DNA of 63,483 bases, filler included, from Reticulomyxa filosa (GCA_000512085.1; 24 parts of 24 records of this genome joined end to end with filler, not necessarily neighbours in it), one strand, 5' to 3'; positions 25,251 to 38,054 are shown, counted from the whole stretch's first letter. Numbers and translations are program-made. Notes: generated by a model not told the origin, from the letters alone.

Positions 25251-25831
25251 GTATGCACTCAAACTGGTTTATCAATGAAAGGAAGTATTTGGAAAAACTC
25301 AAAGTGTTTGGAAGACGAACAAAACACGCTTGTGAAACATAGTAGTGATAATTTATGTCTTACTTCAGGAAAAAATATTGCTTTTGATGATGTGCACTGT
25401 TGTCCTTTAACTTTATCCTGTTCGATATTATACAAAAAACAATAGCAAATAGACAAAAAAGACTATCTAAAAATTAGTAGATTTGCAATGAAGAAAACAC
25501 AACACTTGAAATATCTTGCAATTTATTTTGATATTTGGATACAATTTTCATTAATTACGCTTTTGAATGCTTTAAAAAACATTGGACGCAACTTTTTTAA
25601 TATTTAAACAACGAAGTAAGATAGAACAAATCTTTCAATGTTTTCATTCAATCAAATCAAACAAGCTTAATATCACGCTATTTTCTTTTAATCAAACTTT
25701 TCAAACAAAAATACTTTCATTTTTTATTCGACAAAAAAAAGTCAATTATCCCCAAATACGAATGAGACCTTTCAATGAACCATAACACAAATTCAAATTA
25801 TATGTAGCATTCTTTGAATTCTCTTTCTTTT

Positions 25832-26591
25832 TCAATCCAATAAATGTAAAACAATATATTCCATTATCTTCTTTCTCATCTCCTTGATCACATATAATTC
25901 TTCCTTATTTGATCGAATATCCCAAAAACGAGTTGTATTATCAAATGATCCAGAACATATCACATTTGAATTACTAGTACTATTCTTTATTACAAATGGT
26001 GGATATTCAACAGAATACACAATACTTATGTGCCCATTGAATACTTGAATTTGTTCACCAGATCGAATATCCCACAAACGAAAACTTTTATCATCTGATC
26101 CAGATAATATTGTATTTACTGATTCACTTGATCCATATTTTACACTATTCACATAACTTGTATGTCCTTTGAATATATTGAATTGTTTTGCTGTTTCAAT
26201 ATCCCATATTCGAATAGTTTTATCACCTGATCCAGAACAAATTGTATATCCATTTCCACCAATCACACCAATATTATTCATTTTATTATCATTATCGTTG
26301 TCACTATTACTTTGTAATAGTGAAATATCGAGGCAACAAACACAAGCATTATGTCCATTGAAAACATATAATGATTTGGATGTTTCAACACCCATAAACG
26401 AATTGTTTTATCCCATGATCCAGAACACAAATATCTACCACCATTAAATGGTGAAAATTCAATACCACAAATACCATCAGTGTGCCCATTGAATATTTGT
26501 AATTGCTTATTATGTTTGAAATCCCAAAAACGAATGGTTTTGTCAAATGATGAAGAACAAATGATATTTTGATGATGATTATGATAATGAT
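25832..26591 (-). CDS. WD40-repeat protein (partial, frameshifted)
   Basis: Repeated GH...SGSxDKTIRIWD motifs. Confidence 0.85.
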
Positions 26592-26691
26592 NNNNNNNNN
26601 NNNNNNNNNNNNNNNNNNNNNNNNNNNNNNNNNNNTTAATTAATTAANNNNNNNNNNNNNNNNNNNNNNNNNNNNNNNNNNNNNNNNNNNN

Positions 26692-26997
26692 AAACATTTA
26701 CATTGTTGAAAAGTTTGCAAGGACATTCCGCTGAAGTAAGATGCGTTAGATTTTCAGCAGACGATAGTAAAATAGTTTCGTCATCAGATGATAAAACAAT
26801 TCGCATATGGGACGTTGCATCTGGAAAACAAATTCAAAATTTCAGAGGACATAGTGCGTTCATCTTTTATGCAGAATTTTCACCAGATGGAAATACTACT
26901 ATTGTTTCGTGTTCTTATGATAAAACTATATTCGATTGTGGGATGTAAGATCATGAAGGAAATAATGCAATTAAAGGGAATAAATTTTGATTGGTAA
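26692..26997 (+). pseudogene. WD40-repeat fragment
   Basis: LQGHSAEVRCVRFSADDSKIVSSSDDKTIRIWD, then a frameshift. Confidence 0.75.
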
Positions 26998-27344
26998 AGA
27001 GGCACAGTTATGCCTTTTAATGTAAATCTTTTCTATGATACAACAACTCGTAGACACGTAAGAAGGAAAAACGTTCAGTTTTTAAACATGTACAACGCTC
27101 TTTATTATTTTTTTGTAAAGGGGCAAATTTCAATGCTTTTGAGATTAACATTTATTTTTTTTTATGTTATATTGAAATGGCAATACGCTTTACTTTATTC
27201 AGGGCTTGTTTCTGCAGATGTTAACTTTGAAGTTTTTGTCGCAAAGAGAAAACAAACAAGTAATTTTTTTTCTTGACTATTGTAAGAAAACTCTACATCA
27301 TTTCAAAAAATACTGCCATTTTCTGAGCAATTTGTTTCTTTTAG

Positions 27345-27899
27345 TTGGATATTTCTTTTTCAAAAGGTCAGCTGCAACTGGTAGCGAAAAACAAACAATC
27401 CCCACAAATCTGTCACTTGCTGGAAAAAACCAAGTGCTTTCTTCAAGATGTGGATACTTTGACCTCGTTTATGGACAAAGGTCAACACCATAGTATCACC
27501 ACCAAATTAATGGACTTTGCAACTCGTACATGGACTGTTGGGGAGTTGGATCAATCTGATTGTACGTTGTTTATGCATTTGTTTGCATTGTTTATGGGGG
27601 AACATTCTAGTGTCTCATTTCAGGGCACACATCATTTGCGGATTCCCTTGTACAAGGTCAATCAGTTGGATAAGTATCAAAGTGATTTTGAATACGTTGC
27701 AATTACTTGTGTGGACGACTTTCAAGTTGATCACAATGAAGATGTTATTGCTCATTCACCGAATGCCAAGTTTCCGTATTATTTTGTTATTTTCCAACAA
27801 TCACTACTTCAAAAAAAATACTCTGTTTGGAATAATAAAGAAAATGTTTGCATTGAGTATATAAGTACTTTATCAAAAACACCTAGATGTACGTATTAA
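27345..27899 (+). CDS. Hypothetical protein
   Basis: 184-aa open frame with coding-like composition. No family recognised. Confidence 0.35.
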   Translation: MDISFSKGQLQLVAKNKQSPQICHLLEKTKCFLQDVDTLTSFMDKGQHHSITTKLMDFATRTWTVGELDQSDCTLFMHLFALFMGEHSSVSFQGTHHLRIPLYKVNQLDKYQSDFEYVAITCVDDFQVDHNEDVIAHSPNAKFPYYFVIFQQSLLQKKYSVWNNKENVCIEYISTLSKTPRCTY

Positions 27900-28689
27900 C
27901 AATCTTAAATAAGGAAACAAAAACTCTAATTTCGCGCCCACAAATAAAATGTATTTAAAAAGCTGGTGTCTCGTATGCATGGCAAATAATATTGTTCAAA
28001 ATCCTAATTAGATAAAACACAAATCAGACAAACATTTTTTTAAAAGACACAAGTACAAAATTGTTTCTTTTTAAGTGTTGAACATACTTATAAAAAAAAA
28101 NNNNNNNNNNNNNNNNNNNNNNNNNNNNNNNNNNNNNNNNNNNNTTAATTAATTAANNNNNNNNNNNNNNNNNNNNNNNNNNNNNNNNNNNNNNNNNNNN
28201 ATATTGATTTTTGTTATTTTGATTATTTTATTGCAGAAATATTGTTTGACAATTATTAGATGGAAGTTCCATAACAAGAAGAGAAAAATTTGGTGATAGA
28301 AGCATTTTAGTCTGGTCAATTGCACCAATGATGTATATTCATTCCTGGCTGTAAATTCATTCTTATGTCATCTTTAATCGCGTTAAACGCGTCTTTTATT
28401 GTGTCATATTCATCTATGCGCATTTCCATTTGGTTAAATACTTTTTCTAATCCATTCGCCAATTCTATCTCTAAATTTATTTGTAAATGTACAATTGATG
28501 TCAATTCATTCAATAATGATCCTTTTTTCTCCAAACGTATACTCAATGGAGTAAACGCATAAATTTTGAGATAAACTGTTATTGTTTAGAATATTGGCCA
28601 TTACGGTTCACGGGAGTATATTCAGATCCTTTTTTTAAAAAAAATAAAAGGTTCAACATTCTACAATATCACAACTTGAATTATTTATA

Positions 28690-28933
28690 CAGTAGGTTGC
28701 AAGAAAACTGAACGCCTAAAACGATATCTTATGATGATAATTGATTTTCTCCATGAAAAATAAACATTTAGACTTAATTTTTTTTTTATTTTAAAAAAAA
28801 TATCTACAAATCTTGTAGTTTTTAAATATGAAATTGGTTTTTTAATAACTTTTTTTTTTGTTGGATAAAATTATTTGAAAGAATGGTAATTTCATCCAAC
28901 AAAAAAAAAAGTTATTAAAAAACCAACATACTG
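28690..28933. mobile_element. MITE-like derivative of the local Tc1/mariner family
   Basis: Ends CAGTAGGTTG / CAACATACTG, both flanked by TA. Internal sequence resembles the sub-terminal region of 39903-40060. Confidence 0.6.
28834..28926. repeat. Perfect 33-bp inverted repeat (hairpin)
   Basis: 28834-28866 is the exact reverse complement of 28894-28926. Confidence 0.95.
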
Positions 28934-29472
28934 TATTAAGAAAAATTTATTTTAGAATAAACTGACAAAATAAAATAAATAACTGTTTGTACAATCTTCG
29001 ATTATAAACTAAGCTATTTATTTATTATAAATATTTTATTATTTCTACAGCAGCAAATACAAACTATATTTTATTTATTATTTGTCCTTTTGTGTTTAAC
29101 TTTGACTGTCATAATTTATCTTCATACTATTCGGTCAGAGGCAATTGCAGCAATCTTTGCAAGCAGCAATAGAATTTCTAATATAAACATCAAACAGTAT
29201 ATTGCCCAAAAATCTTTGATATACGAAAAAATGTACTGTAGTTTTTTATGTCAATTTGCATACGCTTTGTTTATTAATTTTGTGTATTGATTTGATTTAA
29301 CAACAATAACAAAAACAAAAACTAACTGGTAAAATAAGTTTTAAAGTTGTATACGCTTGCTTGTCACAAGCGATCAAAAGCTCCAACATTTACATTTTAT
29401 AAGTATCTAAATATTCTTTTCATTGCAGTTGGGATACAGTTTATAGCAATATTTATTTATTTACATATTTGT

Positions 29473-29924
29473 TTATTGTCTAATTTGCGTCTCCACCATT
29501 TTGTCATGATCACTATCAGAACAAACAAAAGATTGTGGTAACATTATGAATAACTTTGTATAATTGAAAACACAGCATATGACGAACAGATCAATAAAAA
29601 TCATTAAAACGAAGATAACAACGGAAACGGCGTTGGACCTTTCCAGATAAATGAACAAGCAGCGCATGGCACTAAGCAAAACGTATAAGCGGCTAAATAC
29701 GAGCGGTTCAACGTCTTTGCACCATAGTAACCAGCCAGTGCCAACAAGGTCATAGTCAAAAATAAAAAAGACAATGTCAAGCCAAATAACAACAAAAATA
29801 TGAAATCTATTATCGTAAATATTCTCACAAAACGGCACCGTCGCACCATTTGTAACACATCCACATCGTACACTGCTTCGTCATTCCCTACCTGATTGTA
29901 CGCATACGGGTTTTGATTGAACAC
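29473..29924 (-). CDS. Small multi-pass membrane protein (partial, probable frameshift)
   Basis: Overlapping hydrophobic ORFs, e.g. IFTIIDFIFLLLFGLTLSFLFLTMTLLALAGYYGAK. Confidence 0.4.
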
Positions 29925-30073
29925 TCTTCCTGCGTTGTTTCTATTTCATTCGATGAGTAATTTAAAAAAAAAANNNNNNNNNNNNNNNNNNNNNNNNNNN
30001 NNNNNNNNNNNNNNNNNTTAATTAATTAANNNNNNNNNNNNNNNNNNNNNNNNNNNNNNNNNNNNNNNNNNNN

Positions 30074-30358
30074 TTTCTGAAAATGCTTTAAAAAAAGTTG
30101 TCAAATTTCATGTTTACGACACAGTCACAATTGTAAATTTTTTCGAAAATTTTCAAATCAATAAAATATTACAATTTTTTAAACAATTATGAAAAATGTA
30201 ATAAAAAATTAAATTCAAAATGATATTTAAAAATTACACGATTTGTATATATTTTTTTCAAATAAAAAAGAAATTATGTCTGAATGTTGTTTTTTCATGA
30301 AGAAAATCATCTCTATAATGTGCCGTTTTATGTGTCAACTTTATTTTGTATTCTACTG
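30074..30358. mobile_element. Terminal fragment of the Tc1/mariner family (inverted relative to 39903-40180)
   Basis: Reverse-complement similarity to 39903-40180. Ends GTGTCAACTTTATTTTGTATTCTACTG-TA. Confidence 0.8.
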
Positions 30359-31576
30359 TATATAAGATTAACTGTCATCGAAAGATTCATTAATCAAAAT
30401 TTTTCTTTGAACAGTCATGAATATGACGTGTAAACAATAGATGTTAAAGTATTTGATTATATTAACTTACTTTGCTCTGGATCATTCGATAAACAGATTG
30501 TGATTTTTTTTGCATATAATACAAACTAATTATCATTGGAGTGGAACCAAGAATCACCAAACCTAAAAATACCGAAATGTTGTAGAAAAGTGACGTGAAA
30601 ACACATAAACAACGAGAAATCGCAGAAAAAATTCATAAAGATATCGAAACGGCAAGATGTGGCAGTAAAATGCAAACATCACCAAGAAATTGAAAAGTGG
30701 TTCGAGATTGCACTCAGATTCGAAGAAACGAAAGGCCATAGCCAACAACAAACACCTACAAATTCGCACAATATAGTTAACTCAATTTTACAACTCTTTT
30801 AAAATTTTTCATGCATTAGGAAGGCAAGAGTTTAAAAGCTTAGCCACATCAGGATGAAGAGATGCAGGACATCATATACTAGCACATATTGTGATATTCA
30901 CATAGATGATGCTACTTGACAATTTTGCTCTTATCTATATTGATTTTTTTTTAGTTTTGTTTAATTAGTTTGTCTATCTTATTCATTAAATGTAACTTCT
31001 GTAGTGTGATTGCAAATTGTTTTAATTTTCTTTTTAAAAGCGCTATATCCTTTTGGATAAGGCGGGCTAACTTGGTTACAAGTTTAGCGCAAGTTGCGCT
31101 TGCTTCTTTAAAAAAAATATTTTATTAAATTTTCACACTTATAATTTCCATCATCGCATACTCAGAAAAATTTATCACACGTGGTCTTGGGTACAAAAAT
31201 CGGATTTTAAAGTAGTGGAAAAATTTGAAGATGGTAAGATTTATTGTAAAGTCAGTCTGAGTTCTTTTTCTTTGTTTAAATCTGTATCTCCAGCTACAAA
31301 ATGAAGATAAAATCATTTAAAATTATTTTTTGTTATAACTTCATTTAAACAAATTTCAATAAGTAAAACTTAAGTTTAATAAATGTGTATGTTGTGCAAA
31401 TACTTTTAATTTTAAAAACAAAAAAAAAGCATACATGTTCACTAGGGGTGGACCCTTTCGATAATTAGTGATGTCANNNNNNNNNNNNNNNNNNNNNNNN
31501 NNNNNNNNNNNNNNNNNNNNTTAATTAATTAANNNNNNNNNNNNNNNNNNNNNNNNNNNNNNNNNNNNNNNNNNNN

Positions 31577-32917
31577 CCACCATGGAATCTGTGATGGTCA
31601 CTGACATACGTCAATCTCAGATCCAATATAGTCGTAATACCATTGATCGAATATTCCAATTCCAACCATTTTGGCATATTTGGATCTTGAATTACAAGTC
31701 CTACGCCTCCAATGCCAGGATTGGGATATGTGCTTTCTGATGTTGGTTCATTGAAGATTGCAAAAGGTGATTTGTTCGATTGTGGCATCATTACAATTTG
31801 CATTGATGGAGTATTTGGGATTGTATATGAATCAGGTTCAACTATCAGTACTTCAGCCTCAGATGCATGGATATATCCACAGGATAATGTCGATAGTTTG
31901 CCAATCCATGATATAATTTAAATTTGTCTTTGGTCTTGATTCATTCCAAATTTTGTATGCCAATACAAGATTATGGCCATTGGAATCGACCTGACCATCT
32001 GATACACTTGTGGTACAACTTCACTTCATTGTCTTCGTCGCCATTCGATAGGAGGAAGTTGGGAAATAACATTTACTGCCTGGTTCATCACACCAAGAAT
32101 TCGACACATTGCAATCCTTTGTATACGCTCCAATAGTCTCTTATGAGTGTCTGCTGCACCATTCCAAAATGCTTCCAAGATACTTCACGTGATCGCATTC
32201 TTTCAGTTTTGATTGCTGTAATATCAATTTCATCTTTGGGAAATTCTTTTTATTCTGATGTCTGAATGTGATGCATTGCGTCTTATCAGCTGCCAGCAAC
32301 ATCTTCCATTTACTGGACCAAATGGATACTTCATCCAGACTATCAATCCGCCAATACAATCTTCCATTGTGTTTGATGTAATAACTGTTGCTCATTCAAC
32401 CACATTAATCTCCTTGTGATAATTCTTTCCATCAATTTACCAACACTTGATAACAATGCAACTGTCAGGCTTGGGAATAGGTACAATATTTGCCTTTTTC
32501 CATTCAATTGGCATATCCCATTCGGAAACTCCATCCAAATAGGAATATCAACGAATCAATCATTGCATTGCCACCATCCTTAAGCATTTGATTATGGATG
32601 TTACCAGGACCTTATGCTTTATATGGAGACAAATGTCTCAGTGACTCAATAACCTCCTTTGTAATGTCACTTTGATGGATATCAAATGACCAAATACAAC
32701 TTTCATCCAATTCCAATGGCTTGGATATCGTCACTTTGAATTTAATATCTTTTTCTACCATCTCATAATGCTTCTCATTCACATCTTTGGGGGCTCTGCA
32801 AATGTCTTTGCCAACAGATACATTTATCTGCATCTGATTTCGCCACTGAATTGGTCTCCTTGTTCACCAATGCTGGAATAATACATATTTTATTGGTGTT
32901 CAATGCCTTAAATTGTG
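31577..32917 (-). mobile_element. Degraded non-LTR retrotransposon (RT + RNase H remnant)
   Basis: SPYKA-GP..IHNQMLK, LLSSVGKLMERIITRRL, WSSKWKMLLAADKTQCITF, VKYLG, RNase H-like PNPGIGGVGLVI. Many stops and deletions. Confidence 0.85.
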
Positions 32918-34460
32918 NNNNNNNNNNNNNNNNNNNNNNNNNNNNNNNNNNNNNNNNNNNNTTAATTAATTAANNNNNNNNNNNNNNNNNNNNNNNNNNN
33001 NNNNNNNNNNNNNNNNNTTGCTTTGGATCACCTATCAATTTGTTCCATTTTTGTTATTGCATGATACCATAGTTTGGTAATCTGGAGAAAATTTCAAATT
33101 GTGGATATTATCAATTTTTTAATCTCTGTTTGTGACGCTGTATCCATATTCGAATTATGACAGTTCCTTTCCTTTCTTGAATTGGTATTTCACTATCGAA
33201 TTATTTGATCGAACAACACAATCATTTTTGCCATCGTGCATTATTGACGATATATAATGTCCATAGACTTTAGATGTGCATCTATTTTAATCTCTTATTA
33301 TTATTAGAAATATATTTAAATGATAACAAAAAAATAAATTATATGTAACTTTCAAACACTCAGCAGCTGCTATGCTTCATCGTTTTCGGCACAAATCAAA
33401 ATAATACAATATATCTGCGCGTGCTTATATTAAACACATCAATCGGCTTGAAATACGTAATAGACAGTAAATTGCTATTGTGTCCTCTAACCTTTGCATG
33501 TGATACAAATTTGCTATCTATTACGAGACACCGTTGTACACTTGTTTCTTTTTCCAAACGCTTGCGTATTTCATCATCTTCAATTCTCTGTGATAGCATT
33601 CAAACATTCGTAATATAGTCTCTTTTGCCATTCGCATGCTGCATAGTCTTCTGGTAACTTGCATACCCATTTGTATTAGTTACTTCGAGTGTGGTAGAAT
33701 AACAGTTTACTTGGTAGAGGTATCGAAAATTAACAATTCCTGTTTCAGAGTGTTGCACTGAGCTTGAGAAAAAGGAAAATATGATTTGAAATGTAGATAA
33801 TGATACTATCACATTTGTTTTTTTCTTTTTTGCTATATACAAATTATAATTATTTGCCGAAATAATTTGAGCTTGGAGGGGCCTAAGAAAAAAAATTAAA
33901 TAGGAACCCGTGTCTTCACGCCAGTTTTTTACCTTTGGTAGTAGCGAAATTGTGCTAAAGCTTAAGTATCGATAAAATTCTAGGATGACGCGAGAACATC
34001 ATAATATTCTTTCTTTTTTTAACTGTACCTAACTTACTGGACGGATTTTCTTTGGAATAAATCCATTTCGTGCAATGTTTATTTATGCATGGATGCATAA
34101 ATATAAAAGCATTGCAAAAATTTTTTTGACGACTTTTTTTAGACCAATGTTTAGTAAAAATTTCTTATTCATGAGCAAAAATTCAAACGTGGGAATAGTC
34201 CAGCAATTTTTTTTGTTTAGTTCAACTTTTGAAGGTCAAAAAAAAGTCATTTTTGTAATAAAATCTCCGAAAATTATTCAAGGACAAAAATTTTTTAAAT
34301 AACATTTTTGATGCCGCAAGTCATGTTTGTACTTTCNNNNNNNNNNNNNNNNNNNNNNNNNNNNNNNNNNNNNNNNNNNNTTAATTAATTAANNNNNNNN
34401 NNNNNNNNNNNNNNNNNNNNNNNNNNNNNNNNNNNNTTTTTTTTTTTTTTTTTTGTGCAG

Positions 34461-35649
34461 GTAGATTTAGAACCAAATGTAATTGAGAGCGAAATCTGGA
34501 CCACTTGGAGCACTATTTGATAGCAAGTTTTTGTTTTCAGGAAACGAAGATGCAGCAAACAACTTTGCGCGAGGTCATTACACAATTGGGAAGCAAATAA
34601 TTGACAAAGTGAATGATCGGTTGCGAAAATTGGCAGACTGTTGTGACAATGTAATGGGGTTTATTATGACGCATAGTGTTGGAGGAGGAACAGGTTCTGG
34701 TTTGGGTGCATTGATTTTGGAACGATTGGCAGTAGATTATAGGAAGAAGCCAAAAGTGGGGTTTCCGATATATCCATCGAATACCTTGTCGACCTCGGTA
34801 GTCGAACCTTACAATGCTCTGTTAGTAACGCACTGGTTGTTGGATCACACCGAAGTTGCGTTAATATTGGATAACGAAGGTACCTACAATCTCTGCCAAA
34901 GGAAACTGCATATTACAAAACCGGATGTGACCAATGTCAATCGATTGTTTGCAAAAGTGATATCATCGATGACTGCGTCTTTGCGGTTCAGTGGAGAATT
35001 AAATGTCGACTTGAATGAGTATCAAACCGGCCTCGTCCCTTTTCCGAGATTGCATTTCATGACCACAGGCATAAGCCCAATTGTTTCGAAGATGGATGTA
35101 AACACGGCCCCTTACGACGTGCAGACCATCACAGACGAATGCTTCAAACCTACCAATTGGCTGATCCAATATGACACTTTTGATCCCAAAGAGGACAAAT
35201 ATATGTCCATCACGCTCAACTATCGTGGAAATGTCACTAGCAAAGAGGCAAATACCACTGTTCAGTGGCTGAAAAAAAATGACAAAGTGCGCTTGGTGGA
35301 GTGGTGTCCAACTGGTTTCAAAATTGGATTGAATGATGTTCCTGCCGCCATTTTGGAACAGGATGACATGGGCGCTTTCAGCAAAAATGCTATTATGATC
35401 GCCAACAATACTGGTATTTCTCGCGTGTTCTCCAAACGAATCGCACAAAAATACGACCTCATGTACTCACAACGTGCCTTTGTTCACTGGTACGTCGGAG
35501 AGGGAATGGAGGAGGGAGAATTTGCTGAGGCTCGTGAAGACTTGGGATTTTTAGAAAAAGACTATTTGGACGTTTTGAGCGAGCAACCAGCAGATGATAT
35601 TGCTGATGATGATGATGCTGATGCTGATGCTGGTGGCGACTATTTTTAA
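34461..35649 (+). CDS. Divergent alpha-tubulin (Retaria alpha2-type), exon 2; exon 1 missing; apparent 2-nt deletion at ~34484-34489
   Basis: VDLEPNVI, EDAANNFARGHYT, GGGTGSG, RAFVHWYVGEGMEEGEF. The acceptor falls at the same position as in the paralog. Confidence 0.93.
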
Positions 35650-36837
35650 ATGACAAATCAATTACAATCTCATATTTTATTTGTCATGAATAAAAATAAT
35701 CAACGAGTTTAACTTGTATTGTTATGTCAGTATGTGTTTTTTGTTTGTTTTCATTCCCCTCAATGCAAAATAAAAAGGCGTTGATTTGGGTGAGTTTATC
35801 TTTTTTTAGTACGGTTGAGCATAAACAAAACTTGTTCAGTTCTAAGATCACAAATTATTCATCTCATATTTTCAAAATGCTAGTCTATTACAAAAGAATA
35901 TTAGGTAGAGATCAACGTATTTGATTTCGGTTTTGTTAAATTGAAATTTGAACAGAAAAGTCATTCCGCTAGTTATCATTTTGTTAATTTTTCATTGTAT
36001 ACACTGAATAAAATGCCGATAGTAGGCCCTATAAAAAGACATATGTACGCATTTTTAACTTGGAGCAGACTAGTCACAAGCAAAAAACACATAAAGTCAA
36101 TCTTTTTAGCATTTTAATTCTTCACCGAAGCAAATCGATTTTTTTTTTCAGTTTGATCACGCCCTGTTTTGCCACAAAGTAAAACCGTTCTCAGTTAAAT
36201 TAATTGAACGTCAATTATTTTTTAAAATAATTTGGTTTCACAATTCGTAACTAAAAAATATACATACTTACGCTAATTCTTTATAAGCATTTTTTGGCAG
36301 ACAAAAAAAATTGTATTTTCCAAAAAGAAATAAATGGAAGCACGCAAAATGACGCGTGAGTTTGAAAAAGATTCACTTTTTGCTGAAAAAATCGACAACA
36401 AGTTCAGTGAACATTCCAGTTTTTATTAAAAAAAATATACAACATCAAGATTTTTTAATTTCCAAAATCTAAAAAATTCATAAAATAAAATTAGGGATAA
36501 GCAAATCCCTCAAAAGCAAAACATCCAAAATAAAAAAATATATGTTAAGCATAGATATTTTCAAAAAGAAAATTTTAATAATCGTCGCCATTCCCTCCGG
36601 CATTGTCATCACCAGCCTCAGCGTCCCCATCGCCATCTGCTGGTTGCTCGCTCAAAACGTCCAAATAGTCTTTTTCTAAAAATCCCAAGTCTTCACGAGC
36701 CTCAGCAAATTCTCCCTCCTCCATTCCCTCTCCGACGTACCAGTGAACAAAGGCACGTTGTGAGTACATGAGGTCGTATTTTTGTGCGATTCGTTTGGAG
36801 AACACGCGAGAAATACCAGTATTGTTGGCGATCATAA
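35393..36837. repeat. Perfect 204-bp inverted repeat (35393-35596 / 36634-36837) formed by the 3' coding ends of the two tubulins
   Basis: Base-by-base identity from TTATGATCGCC to CCAGCAGATG. Confidence 0.92.
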
Positions 36838-38054
36838 CAGCATTTTTGTTGAACGGACCAATGTCATCATGTTCCAAAACAGCAGCAGGGACTTCGTTCA
36901 ATCCAATTTTGAAACCAGTTGGACACCATTCCACCAAAAAGACTTTGTTGTTTGTTTTCAGCCATTGAACGGTGTTGTTAGCCTCTTTGGATTTGATATC
37001 TCCACGATAGTTAAGCGAAATGGCCATGTATTTGTCTTCGGCAGGGTCAAATTCGGTATATTTGACAAACCAATTGGCAGGTTTGAAGCAGTCATCCGTA
37101 ATTTTTTGCACATCATTGGGGGCCGTGGCTATGTCGGCTTTGGGGATGATTGGACTCATTCCCGTGGTCATAAAATGCAATCTCGGGAAAGGGACCAAGT
37201 TCGTTTGGAACTCATTCAAGTCAACGTTCAATTCTCCGGCGAATCGCAAAGACGCAGTCATCGATGATATCACTTTCGAAATTAATCGATTCAAGTTATC
37301 CACGTCCGGCTTTGCAATACGTAACTGTTTTTGACAAATGCCGTATATTGCTTCATTATCCAACAACAGCGACACTTCCGTGTGATCCAACAGCCAGTGG
37401 GTGGCCAACAACGCATTGTAAGGTTCAACCACACAAGTCGACAAATTAGGCGATGGATAAATTTCAAAACCTAATTTTGGCTTTTTTCTGTGGTCAACCG
37501 CAATGCGTTCCAAAATCAACGCACCTAAACCAGAACCTGTTCCTCCTCCCACACTGTGTCCAATTACAAAGCCCATTATGTTATCGCAATTGTCCACTAA
37601 TTTTCGCAATCGATCATTCACTTTGTCAATTATTTGTTTCCCAATCGTGTAATGGCCTCGTGCAAAATTATTTGCCGCATCTTCTTTTCCTGCCAACAAA
37701 AACTCAGGATGGAAGATTGCTGCAAATGGCCCGTTTTTTACGTCGTCAATTACATTTGGTTCTAAGTCTACCTGCATTTTTTTTACGATACTGTTTTTAA
37801 AAATAATCATTAACTTTTTCTAAAAAAAAAAAAAAAAGAAAAATGCAGGGTTTTTAGTTAACTGCCAAGTTTCTTGGCACAAATTGACCACTGCTCGTTT
37901 CTTCAAAAAATACTTTAAACGAATCATCTTTAGAATTTCCATCTTTTCGTTTACCTGCATTGTCAATACCATGCTCGGCACAGTATTGCTCCCATACTGC
38001 GTTTCCAAGTTGAATTCCTGCTTGACCAATTTCTACTGTTATCACTTCTCTCAT
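36575..38054 (-). CDS. Divergent alpha-tubulin (Retaria alpha2-type), complete; exons 38054-37863 and 37771-36575
   Basis: MREVITVEIGQAGIQLGNAVWE...VPRNLA|VDLEP across phase-0 intron 37772-37862. All alpha-tubulin signatures present. The alpha2 assignment is inference. Confidence 0.96.
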
